A DNA stretch of 64,000 nt, taken from NCBI GenBank assembly GCA_033762115.1, contig JANRLX010000022.1:13695-77694 (forward strand). The letters are read 5' to 3'. A model generated the notes under the pieces. It worked only from the letters and a program-made list of their open reading frames with translations. It was not told the origin of the DNA and searched no databases. Source of the stretch: Verrucomicrobiota bacterium. Lineage in GTDB: Bacteria > Verrucomicrobiota > Verrucomicrobiia > Limisphaerales > SXQI01. This document shows positions 27,096 through 36,227 of the stretch, one piece after another. The position numbers and the translations under genes were made by a program. How positions within the stretch are numbered: the stretch's first letter is position 1; the number at the start of each line of letters is the position of its first letter.

Positions 27096-28940
27096 TTAAT
27101 CGAGAACCTTGATTTTGGCATGTCTGATTTCCACATGCCCACCATCCCGACTCAGCTCTTGAAAACCGATATGCCCTTTCCTTGGACGGTCCTTGAGCGA
27201 AACCGCAATTTCTTCAGTGTGCCTTTTCACGGTGGATGTATGATTGTTTAGATTTACATCAAGCACCTGCTGCCCATTCAGCTTCACCTTCACAAGAGGT
27301 CCCTTCATCGTCACTTCGTATTTGTTCCACTCCATCGGTTTGAATACCTGCACAGATGGCGCAACAACCCGGTAAAGGCTGCCGGTCAGTTCATTGGCGG
27401 GCACTTCGCCAAAATCAGGTGGGTAGTAACGCGGATCAACCATCTGCAATTCGATGCCATCGAAGGCGGGGTCCCCATGACCGGGAAAGCGAAGACCGCA
27501 TCCGCTGTTTCCGCGTTGTCCAAGCTTGAATTCAAACTCGAGCTGGAAATCTCCATATTGCTGCTCGCTCACGAGCCAAGTGCCGCGCGGTTCGCTTCCA
27601 TGCAGAACGCCACTTTTGACGACCCATTTGGCCTTTTCGGGGCCCTGGCGTTTAACATCTGACCAATCGCGCACTTTCCAGCCCCTGGGCTCCCCCTCTT
27701 CAGGAAAGAGCGGTTCAAACACAGCGGTTTTTGTTTCTCCCTGCACATCCAGCGCCACCAGGTTTTCCAGGCTGCGGGCGTACAAACGACCATTCGCGAG
27801 GATGGGGCTGCTCCAGGTGTTTTTTCCGCCGAGCACCTGGGCTGAGGAAATTTCAGTATATTTTTTTGGGTTCGCTTCCGCGGTGGCCAACAGACCCTTA
27901 TCACTAAAAATGATTAATTTTCCGTCGGCAAAAATAAGGGAGCCTTTGCCGAACTTCTTTTCACTCCATTTTTCCATGCCCGTTTCAAAGTCAAGACAGC
28001 GGAGATCTGTTTCGTCGAACCCATAAAGGTGCCCGCCATGAAAAATGGAGGTGGAAACGTGGTTTCGCATGTTTTTTCCCTGCCAGAGTGCGGAAGGTTT
28101 GTTATCGGTAAATTGCACCACCGCACAGCCTTTGTTGTAAGCGCTGGAAATGAAAACCCGATCTCCAACAACCAACGGAGTGGCGGCATTGACATCATAA
28201 CTCGTTTTCCAGGGGAACCGCCATGCTTCCTTGCCATTGGCCATTTCGCGGGCAACCAGTCCAAAACCGGAAAACATCAATACATAACGTTTGTCCTTAT
28301 AGGTGTAAGCCACCGGTGAACTGTAGCCGGGACCTTCATTTCCCGCTTTCCAAAGGATAGCGCCTGTTTCCTTGTCCAGAGCAATCAAAGAGGCGCCTTC
28401 CGCTCCCGTTTCCACCAGGACCATTTTCCCTTCAACAAGAGGAGACCCTGAGAAGCCCCAGGTGGGAACCTTTGCCCCAAAGTCCTTAACAAACTCCCTG
28501 GACCAGATCACTTCCCCATTGTCAAAATTCAGGCAGAACAGATGCCCCATCCTGCTTAGGGTATACACTTTGTTGCCATCGACGGTGGGAGTGCACCGGG
28601 TCCCAGGAAAGCCGTTTGGATCTGAAGAGGAACAGGGATAGCTGTGCTTCCAAAGTTCCTTTCCCGTAACGGCATCAAGGCAATAGACGTGGTCCACTTC
28701 CTTGACATTACCCATTGTAAAGAGACGTCCATTGGAAACGGACATTGAGGAATACCCCGTGCCAACGCTCGCTTTCCAAAGCTGTTTGGGACCTTCATCC
28801 GGCCATTTGGATTGCCAGTTTTTTTCATCCGATTTGCCGGTTCGCTTTGGTCCGAGCCACTGAGGCCAATCATCGGCCAGAGAGAACAGTGAAGAATTCA
28901 GTACCAGGTTCAGGCCCAGGAGGCAGGTTGCAACTTTCAT
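27096..28940 (-). CDS. secreted PQQ-like beta-propeller fused to a C-terminal DUF1080 domain
   Basis: Signal peptide. Repeated propeller blades (TGKELWKH, GEVIWSREF, TGAILWKAG, GKEAWRFPW, PSALWQG). The C-terminal part, GWKVRDW..WVVKSGVLHG..DFQLEFEFKL..GCGLRF..GHIGFQ..VEIRHAKIKVL, has the DUF1080 pattern. Confidence 0.7.
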   Translation of the reverse strand: MKVATCLLGLNLVLNSSLFSLADDWPQWLGPKRTGKSDEKNWQSKWPDEGPKQLWKASVGTGYSSMSVSNGRLFTMGNVKEVDHVYCLDAVTGKELWKHSYPCSSSDPNGFPGTRCTPTVDGNKVYTLSRMGHLFCLNFDNGEVIWSREFVKDFGAKVPTWGFSGSPLVEGKMVLVETGAEGASLIALDKETGAILWKAGNEGPGYSSPVAYTYKDKRYVLMFSGFGLVAREMANGKEAWRFPWKTSYDVNAATPLVVGDRVFISSAYNKGCAVVQFTDNKPSALWQGKNMRNHVSTSIFHGGHLYGFDETDLRCLDFETGMEKWSEKKFGKGSLIFADGKLIIFSDKGLLATAEANPKKYTEISSAQVLGGKNTWSSPILANGRLYARSLENLVALDVQGETKTAVFEPLFPEEGEPRGWKVRDWSDVKRQGPEKAKWVVKSGVLHGSEPRGTWLVSEQQYGDFQLEFEFKLGQRGNSGCGLRFPGHGDPAFDGIELQMVDPRYYPPDFGEVPANELTGSLYRVVAPSVQVFKPMEWNKYEVTMKGPLVKVKLNGQQVLDVNLNNHTSTVKRHTEEIAVSLKDRPRKGHIGFQELSRDGGHVEIRHAKIKVLD

Positions 28941-29268
28941 ACAGATCCGAGATTGAGACAGGAAACAGAATTGCCGCCTAACGAAGGGATGTCAATGTTT
29001 CGGCATGAGTTAGAGAACCAAAAGAGAAAAGGCGAAGAATCGGGATTGCTGCGTCTCCCCAAATACGCAGCGCCGTTCCGGCAGGCAGTTACCGGCAATG
29101 GACAGAAATTAGCTAATCAGCGTTTTCGTTGCCGCGGGCCAACGCCAAAGCTGATAGCAGAAAAATCCCCCAAGCTATCAAAGCAAAAGTGAGTATGTAT
29201 GTCATGGTGTCCGGTGTCGCGACAGGTTTTAGCGTAGAAATTAAGAGAGTCAAGTATCTAAGTAACAA

Positions 29269-29288
29269 AATCGTTAAATTTAACGATT
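29269..29288. promoter_or_regulatory. perfect 20-nt palindrome AATCGTTAAATTTAACGATT (possible operator)
   Basis: All 10 arm positions pair with zero spacer. It lies in the 425-476 nt non-coding gap upstream of the small ORF/mnmE unit. Confidence 0.35.
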
Positions 29289-29416
29289 CCAGCTACCGAT
29301 TTATGACGCAGCCACTACTAATTGGGGTGTTTTGTCCTAAATCAGGATTATTTAACGTCTGAAAAATGCAGCTTTTTGGTTCGCAAACGCAGGGTTCAAG
29401 GCCTATTTTTTATTTT

Positions 29417-29671
29417 ATGACCGCACTGGAACAACAAATACTGGAGAATTTGAAGGTATTGGAGGGGCTGATCCTGCAAATGAAGAGCGCAAACCCCAAG
29501 CCGAACCTGCTTCCAATATTTGAAACATTGGACAATTTAACCCGTCAACTCCCCAAAAACAGCGACCCATCACTTTTGCATTATCTCCATAAAAAGAGTT
29601 ACGAGAAGGCCCGATTGTTTTTAGAAAATCGTGATTCTGAAAATTATCGCGGAGAATGCCGGCGGGACTGA
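29417..29671 (+). CDS. small hypothetical protein immediately upstream of mnmE
   Basis: 84-aa form starting MTALEQQILENL. Its stop (29669-29671) is 4 nt before the mnmE ATG, suggesting co-transcription. No family recognised. Confidence 0.4.
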   Translation: MTALEQQILENLKVLEGLILQMKSANPKPNLLPIFETLDNLTRQLPKNSDPSLLHYLHKKSYEKARLFLENRDSENYRGECRRD

Positions 29672-29675
29672 ACCC

Positions 29676-31043
29676 ATGTTTTCTGATACTATTGCTGCCA
29701 TTTCAACTCCTCTTGGAGAAGGCGGACTGGCGGTCGTCCGGCTGAGCGGTCCAGCTTCTTTCAAAGTGGCTGACAGCTGCTTTAAACCGTTAGGAAAAAA
29801 TTCCACATCAGCGGGGAAAGCAGCTTCACACACAATTCAGTATGGCAAGATCCTGTTGAATGGCGAGGTGGTGGATGAAGTGCTGCTTTCTGTATTTCGG
29901 GCCCCCCGGACTTTTACCAAAGAGAATATGGTCGAGGTGAGTTGCCATGGCGGTGTGCTGCCTGCTCAAATGGTTTTGGACGCACTCCTTCGAGGAGGCG
30001 CACGCCTGGCGGAGCCGGGAGAATTTACCCGACGGGCATTTCTCAACGGCAGGATTGACTTGGCGCAGGCTGAAGCTGTGGCAGATTTGATCCATTCCCG
30101 GACTGAATTAGCCTTGCGTGCGGCCAATGAGCAGCTTGCGGGGAAACTTTCCTGCCGGATTGATGCTCTTCGCAGCGATCTCATGCTGGTGCTGGCACAT
30201 GTGGAGGCTCACATCGACTTTCCTGACGAAGACATCGCCCCTGACACATTCGACCAGTTATTGTCAAAATTAAGGAAAGCGTCCGAATATATAGAGCAAC
30301 TGCTTTCGACTGCCCGGGAAGGACGGATACTCAGACGGGGACTCCGCACCGCAATTATTGGGCGGCCAAATGCGGGAAAATCGAGCTTGCTAAACCAATT
30401 ATTGGGTCAGGACCGAGCCATCGTATCACCAATAGCAGGCACCACCCGGGATACGATTGAAGAAACCGCAAATGTCAGGGGAATTCCCATTGTTTTCGTG
30501 GACACAGCAGGTTTGCGTGAGTCGAAGGATGAGATTGAAGCGGAAGGAATTCGTCGCAGCAGGGAGGCTGCGTCTCAAGCCGAATTGATTCTGCATGTGG
30601 TTGATGCGTCGCAAGCAGTGCACGAAGAGGATCAAAACTTGATTGCGGAATTCGGCTCGCAGAACAGCATTCTCATCTGGAACAAAAGTGACCTGATTGA
30701 TCGAACAGCGGATACTGAGCCCCGCGTTCAAGGCATCCCTGTTTCCTGCGTGACCGGGGAAGGGATTGAGTTATTGAAAGACCAGATCAAAAATCTCGTT
30801 TGGAGCGGGAATATTGGAAGTGAAATGCTGGAAGCAACGATCAATTCCCGGCATCAGGACGCATTGCAGCGAGCGAATTCCTCATTGAAACTCACGATCA
30901 GCGCATTGGAAGAGAACCAAACCCTGGAACTTGCTGCCATGGATTTAAGGCTGGCGGTGCAAGCGATTGGGGAGGTGGTCGGCAAAACAACCACCGAGGA
31001 TTTACTCGATGCAATCTTCAGCCAGTTCTGCCTTGGAAAATGA
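29676..31043 (+). CDS. mnmE: tRNA modification GTPase MnmE
   Basis: Start at MFSDTIAAISTPLGEGGLAVVRLSG. G domain GRPNAGKSSLLN, DTAG, NKSD. C-terminal CLGK. Confidence 0.9.
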   Translation: MFSDTIAAISTPLGEGGLAVVRLSGPASFKVADSCFKPLGKNSTSAGKAASHTIQYGKILLNGEVVDEVLLSVFRAPRTFTKENMVEVSCHGGVLPAQMVLDALLRGGARLAEPGEFTRRAFLNGRIDLAQAEAVADLIHSRTELALRAANEQLAGKLSCRIDALRSDLMLVLAHVEAHIDFPDEDIAPDTFDQLLSKLRKASEYIEQLLSTAREGRILRRGLRTAIIGRPNAGKSSLLNQLLGQDRAIVSPIAGTTRDTIEETANVRGIPIVFVDTAGLRESKDEIEAEGIRRSREAASQAELILHVVDASQAVHEEDQNLIAEFGSQNSILIWNKSDLIDRTADTEPRVQGIPVSCVTGEGIELLKDQIKNLVWSGNIGSEMLEATINSRHQDALQRANSSLKLTISALEENQTLELAAMDLRLAVQAIGEVVGKTTTEDLLDAIFSQFCLGK

Positions 31044-31652
31044 TCAAGTTCGCTGGTACGCCGCACGGTTGGTGGCGACTCCCCGCGCATTAAAATTGCG
31101 TTCAAAATCCGTAATGACTGCGCTGAGTTCGTCCGGTGTTTCATCTTTTTTAAACAATGGAGAACTGTCATATACAGTGGTCATCTGCTGGAAATAATCT
31201 GCATCGTCTGTTCTCAGGTAAATTTTACCTCCAGAAAGGAGTGCTTGATGACTGAGCAGAACGAAACGTTCATTGATGAGCCTGTTCTTTCGCTGCTTTC
31301 GCTTGGGCCAAGGATCAGGAAAGTAGATATGTATAGCTGAGAGCGAACCTTTTGGGATCATGTATTCAACAAAATAAGCAGCTTCCATCCTAAGCATGCG
31401 CACATTGGTTAAACCTGCCCGGGCACATTTCCGATCGAGCTTTCGCAATCTTCCCAGTAAACGCTCCAGAGCTAGAAAATTCCGTTCGAGATGAAGCGCT
31501 GCATATTTTGAGAGAAACGATCCATCGCCGCTTCCCAGCTCCAATTCCACAGGCTGCAAGCTGGGAAAAAGACTTTTATAGTCAATCCGTTCAAGGATTG
31601 ATTCCGGTCGGAAAATAAAGCTGGGCAATTCCTGCGTCCTGATTGAATTCAC
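31044..31652 (-). CDS. trmB: tRNA (guanine46-N7)-methyltransferase
   Basis: SAM motif LELGSGDGSF and FPDPWPKRKQRKNRL block; 202 aa. Confidence 0.85.
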   Translation of the reverse strand: MNSIRTQELPSFIFRPESILERIDYKSLFPSLQPVELELGSGDGSFLSKYAALHLERNFLALERLLGRLRKLDRKCARAGLTNVRMLRMEAAYFVEYMIPKGSLSAIHIYFPDPWPKRKQRKNRLINERFVLLSHQALLSGGKIYLRTDDADYFQQMTTVYDSSPLFKKDETPDELSAVITDFERNFNARGVATNRAAYQRT

Positions 31653-31823
31653 TCTGCACCAAGCTCATAAATGCGAGTCGGGCGGGTGGCAAGGGATATC
31701 GAATTCAGGCTTCAAGGCACTTTCAATTCTTGAGGTTTTCAGAGAGAGCCGGGAATCGACAAAACGCAATCTTCTTTCAATGGCAAGCGGAATACTTATG
31801 CTCCCATCCGGTTTTGATAACTT

Positions 31824-33254
31824 ATGCGGAAAACGAAAATTATCGCCACACTGGGACCTGCCACTGATTCTGCAGAGAATATTGATCAACTGATTCAGGC
31901 TGGCATGAATATTGTCCGCCTGAATATGTCCCATGCGAACCATGATTGGATTCGCCGTGTGATCAAGGACATCCGCAGTGCGGCAAGCAAACGCCGTGTG
32001 GCTGTTGGCATTCTCCTGGATACGCAGGGGCCAGCCATTCGAACCGGGGACCTTCCTGCCGCGCTTGATCTTACTCCCGGGCAGAAATTCTGGCTGACAG
32101 TGCGCGGGGAACAAAGCGAGGAGATTCACTCGGTGGATGTGAATTACGAAAATTTTGTTAACGACATCAGTGTAGGAGATACTGTCCTGCTGGATAATGG
32201 CGAGATTCAAATGAAGGTGCTCGCCAAGCATAAAAATAAAATCGAGTGCGAAGTGCTGACCCCTGGCAAACTCGGCAGCCGCAGGCATATCAACCTGCCA
32301 GGAGTGAAAGTGAGTCTCCCGGCGCTGACAGCCAAGGATTTCGCGGATATTGAGGTGGGATTGGAGATGGAGGTGGATTTCATCGCCCTGTCCTTTGTCC
32401 GTGAGGCCAAGGACATTTTGCAATTGAAAGCAGTGGTGTCACGGGCAGAAAAGCGTCCCCAGATCATTGCCAAGATTGAAGACCAGCAGGCGGTCCAGAA
32501 TCTCTCGGACATCATTTCTGAATCAGACGCGATCATGGTCGCGCGAGGTGATCTCGGGATTGAGATTCCCTACGAAGAATTGCCGATTGTGCAACGAAAA
32601 GTTGTCAAAGCATGCCTGCTTGTCGGGAAGCCGGTGATCGTGGCCACTCACATGCTGGAAAGCATGATCGAGAACCCGATGCCCACAAGGGCAGAGATTA
32701 CCGATGTAGCGAACGCAGTCTTTGAGCAATCCGATGCAATCATGTTGAGCGGTGAAACCACCGTGGGCAAATATCCGCTGAAGTGTATTGAGGTTTTCGA
32801 CAAGATTTCACGTCGGATCGAGCGTTCAGGAGGGGCCAATTACCAGGACTCTGCGGAATTAACCACGGCACGTCAAAAAATGATCAAAAGCGCAGTGGTC
32901 ATGGCCAATGAATTGAAGGCAGAGGCTTTGATTGTGTTTACGATCCACGGAAACATGGCGCGTTACGCTTCCTGGATGCGCCCCCGGTCCGGGGTGATTT
33001 TCGCGATTTGTGAAACCCCGGAAATAGCCAACTCGCTGACCCTGAACTGGGGCGTGATCCCGATTGTGATGCCCTTTTCAATTCGTGAACCGATTCACAA
33101 CATCGATATGGCTATTGACGAACTGGTCAAACAGCGGTTGCTCCAAACCGGAAATACCGTGGTGGTGGTCAGCTCCATCATGGCGGGGGACCAGATCGTG
33201 GATGCCGTGCAAATGCGGTCGATTGGCGCACAGCTCCCCAGAGAGAAAACCTGA
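31824..33254 (+). CDS. pyk: pyruvate kinase
   Basis: TKIIATLGPA, MNIVRLNMSHA, IIAKIEDQQAV, MVARGDLGIEIP, ATHMLESM; 476 aa. Confidence 0.9.
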   Translation: MRKTKIIATLGPATDSAENIDQLIQAGMNIVRLNMSHANHDWIRRVIKDIRSAASKRRVAVGILLDTQGPAIRTGDLPAALDLTPGQKFWLTVRGEQSEEIHSVDVNYENFVNDISVGDTVLLDNGEIQMKVLAKHKNKIECEVLTPGKLGSRRHINLPGVKVSLPALTAKDFADIEVGLEMEVDFIALSFVREAKDILQLKAVVSRAEKRPQIIAKIEDQQAVQNLSDIISESDAIMVARGDLGIEIPYEELPIVQRKVVKACLLVGKPVIVATHMLESMIENPMPTRAEITDVANAVFEQSDAIMLSGETTVGKYPLKCIEVFDKISRRIERSGGANYQDSAELTTARQKMIKSAVVMANELKAEALIVFTIHGNMARYASWMRPRSGVIFAICETPEIANSLTLNWGVIPIVMPFSIREPIHNIDMAIDELVKQRLLQTGNTVVVVSSIMAGDQIVDAVQMRSIGAQLPREKT

Positions 33255-33266
33255 TTCAACCGCTTT

Positions 33267-34718
33267 TCAGAATCGAAGGGAAGCAACAGCGGCATTGGCC
33301 ATGTTGACCAGGCTATTGGGGAAAATCCCGAGGAACAAGATAGCCGCAATGCAAAGGTAAAGACTAAGCCGAGCCGTCAAGGGCAGAGGGATTTCCGAAT
33401 AGTCAGGCACGACCTTTGACCAATAAATCGCCCGGACAACTCCAAGGTAGTAATAGAAGGAAGTCACCACGCCGAAAAGGGTGATGATAATCAGCACGAG
33501 AAAGCGAGAGTCACTGGCACTGCGTTCCACGATTGATTTCAGCAGCAGGAACTTGCCAAAAAAGCCTGCCAGCGGAGGAATTCCGGCCAGAGAGATCATT
33601 GCCAAGGCGAGGCTCGCGGCAAGCAATGGGGAACGACGGTGCAGGCCTGCCACGATACTGATATCTTCATCGTCAGCTTGCCGGGTAAGAATCGAAATAA
33701 CGGTGAAAGCAGCAATGACAGTGAAAAGGTATCCTCCAAGATAGTAGAGCACCGCACTGGAGCCGGCAGCCGAGGCGGCGGCAACGCCCAATAAAAGATA
33801 ACCTGCGTTGCTGATGCTTGAATAGCCCAGCAGGCGTTTCAAGTTTCTTTGCGGAATCGCGCACAGGTTCCCGTAAAGGATCGTGAGTGCGGCAATGACA
33901 ATGATGACTTGCGACCAGTCAAAAACAGCTTCTGGAACAGCACTGAAAAGCATCCGGAGCAGTAAGACAAACCCGGCGGATTTTGAGCCCACCGCAAGAA
34001 ATGCGGTTACCGGGGCAGGAGATCCCTGGTAAACATCCGGCGCCCATATCTGTAATGGGAAGGCGGCGATTTTGAAGGCAAGGCCTGCAATGACTAGAAC
34101 CACCCCGATGATGAACAATGGTTTGGAATAAAATTTATTCGCAGCAGCAAAAACTGCATCGAAGTTCGTCGTCTGGGCCATCCCAAAAATCAGGGCGATC
34201 CCATACACCATGAATGCAGAGGCAACCCCGCCGACAATCAAATATTTCACGCCCGCTTCCACTGATTTCAAGCGGCTGCGTTGAAAACTGGTGAGGATGT
34301 AAAAACTGACCGTGATCAGTTCAAGGGAAACGAAGACCATGATGAAATCGTTTGCAGATGCCGCAAACATCATTCCGGAAAGAGCAAAGAGGAGGATGGA
34401 ATAGAATTCTGAAATGCCAACGGCAATCCGGTCAGCAAAACTGATCGAAATCAGCAGAACAAAAATGGCAGCAACAATAAAGAACTGCTTAAAGAAAAGT
34501 GCCAGCGGGTCCAGTGTGTAACTGCCTCCAAATGCATGTCGATTCGGGCCAGCCTCAATAAAAAAACTGCCGATCAGGATGGCGAACAGCGCAGCAATGG
34601 CGAGATAGCCCAGCTGAACCTTTCGAGCTGCCGGCGTCCAAAGGTCCACCAATAAAATCCCCAGGGCCACAGCAATGACCGCCAGTTCTAAAATCATGAG
34701 TGATGCATTCATCAACAA
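33267..34718 (-). CDS. nuoN: NADH-quinone oxidoreductase subunit N
   Basis: 483-aa polytopic antiporter-like protein (..LFALSGMMFAASANDFIMVFVSLELIT..) in the last position of the nuo array. Confidence 0.85.
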   Translation of the reverse strand: MLMNASLMILELAVIAVALGILLVDLWTPAARKVQLGYLAIAALFAILIGSFFIEAGPNRHAFGGSYTLDPLALFFKQFFIVAAIFVLLISISFADRIAVGISEFYSILLFALSGMMFAASANDFIMVFVSLELITVSFYILTSFQRSRLKSVEAGVKYLIVGGVASAFMVYGIALIFGMAQTTNFDAVFAAANKFYSKPLFIIGVVLVIAGLAFKIAAFPLQIWAPDVYQGSPAPVTAFLAVGSKSAGFVLLLRMLFSAVPEAVFDWSQVIIVIAALTILYGNLCAIPQRNLKRLLGYSSISNAGYLLLGVAAASAAGSSAVLYYLGGYLFTVIAAFTVISILTRQADDEDISIVAGLHRRSPLLAASLALAMISLAGIPPLAGFFGKFLLLKSIVERSASDSRFLVLIIITLFGVVTSFYYYLGVVRAIYWSKVVPDYSEIPLPLTARLSLYLCIAAILFLGIFPNSLVNMANAAVASLRF

Positions 34719-36221
34719 CTACTTGAGGGGCGCCACGGCCACCGGCTTCGATTTTGTCATGGCCAATATGCCTTTCGCACTGGGCTCAATTTTGTCTGTC
34801 AACAAACGTGGAAAAATCCCGAACAGGAGCAGTGCCGTGATCAACAGGGCAAATGGAATTTTCCGCACCGGACCTGCATCAAAAGTCGCAGGAAGATCCT
34901 CAGGCATCGGCCCATGCATAATGCTGCGGATTGCCTTGAGCATGTAAACCGCGCCAATGACCAGCCCCCCCCAGACTGCCAGCGAGGTGATCAGTTTATA
35001 TTTGTCCCATGAGCCGAAGAGGGCCATGGCTTCTCCTACAAAATTGGCAAATCCTGGCAATCCGCATCCAGCCATCATGCACATGATCAGCACCGCGCCG
35101 ACGAAAGGCATTCGTTGCATGAGGCCGCCCATCCGCTCCATGGAGAAGGTGCCGGTTTGGTTATAAAGATAACCGGAAAGGGCAAAGGAAAGAGCTGCAA
35201 GCAAACCATGCGCCACCATGATGACCACCGCGCCGGTCACTCCGACAATTGAGAGACTGGCAATTCCAAGGAAAACAAAACCCATGTGGGCCACACTTGA
35301 ATTGCCGACCAGGAGATTCAAATCCTTTTGCCGGACGGCCACCAGACCGCAGTAAAGAATATTTCCCAGGCAGAGCCATGCCACAATATCCAGCCAAAAG
35401 CTGGCAGCCTGCGGCAGTAACGGAATCGCAATTCTCAATAAACCATAAAGACCGAATTTCTTGAGAACGCCTGCATGCAGCATGGCAGTGGCTGTGGGGG
35501 CAGCCCCATAACCCAATGGGGCCCAGGTATGAAATGGCCAGAGAGAGACGAGGATGCCAAAACCAAGAAGCAGGAAAGGGAAGATAAATTTTTGTGCAGC
35601 CTCCGGTAAAGGGGTGTTTTGCAGATGCGTGGTAATCTCCACAATATCGAAACTGTTTGCCCCGGATTGCAGATAAAGCGCGATCAAACCGATCAGAGCG
35701 ATCAAGCCACCGAGCGAGAGGTAAAGTGTGATGTTGAATGTAGCGTAATTCTTCTCTTCGCCCCTGCCCCAGACGCCGATCATGATAAACGTGGGAATCA
35801 GCGCGAGTTCATGGAAAAAGAAGAAAAAGAAAAGGTCCAGCGACGCAAATGTGCCGATCACGCCGCTGATCATGATCATTAATAACAGATAAAACTCCTT
35901 TTCACGTTCCTTGATTTCGTAAGCAGCGCAAATCGCGGCAAACGCGACAATTGCCGCCATCAGGACCAGGCCGACATTCAAACCATCCACACCAACGTGG
36001 TAACTGATTCGCAACGCTTCCACCCAGACACGTTTTTCAACAAACTGGTAACCTGCGGCTCCTGTTTGAAAATGGACAAACATTGCGATCGCAGAAAGCA
36101 GTGAAAGTGCGCCCGCGGAGAGGGAAACCAGCCGGATGAGAAACCGATAATTGCGGGGAATGAAAGCAATGGCCAGCGCGGCCAGCAGCGGAAACCCTAA
36201 AATATAGGTAAGTATGGACAT
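34719..36221 (-). CDS. nuoM: NADH-quinone oxidoreductase subunit M
   Basis: 500 aa, antiporter-like. FFFFFHELALIPTFIMIGVWG block. Position between L and N. Confidence 0.85.
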   Translation of the reverse strand: MSILTYILGFPLLAALAIAFIPRNYRFLIRLVSLSAGALSLLSAIAMFVHFQTGAAGYQFVEKRVWVEALRISYHVGVDGLNVGLVLMAAIVAFAAICAAYEIKEREKEFYLLLMIMISGVIGTFASLDLFFFFFFHELALIPTFIMIGVWGRGEEKNYATFNITLYLSLGGLIALIGLIALYLQSGANSFDIVEITTHLQNTPLPEAAQKFIFPFLLLGFGILVSLWPFHTWAPLGYGAAPTATAMLHAGVLKKFGLYGLLRIAIPLLPQAASFWLDIVAWLCLGNILYCGLVAVRQKDLNLLVGNSSVAHMGFVFLGIASLSIVGVTGAVVIMVAHGLLAALSFALSGYLYNQTGTFSMERMGGLMQRMPFVGAVLIMCMMAGCGLPGFANFVGEAMALFGSWDKYKLITSLAVWGGLVIGAVYMLKAIRSIMHGPMPEDLPATFDAGPVRKIPFALLITALLLFGIFPRLLTDKIEPSAKGILAMTKSKPVAVAPLK

Positions 36222-36227
36222 TCTTTT

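Noticed and set aside
28953-29362. Plus-strand ORFs 28953-29192 and 29129-29362 in the large intergenic gap.
   Set aside because: They are basic, low-complexity translations with no motifs, and they overlap each other and the hairpin and palindrome. They are more likely non-coding regulatory DNA.
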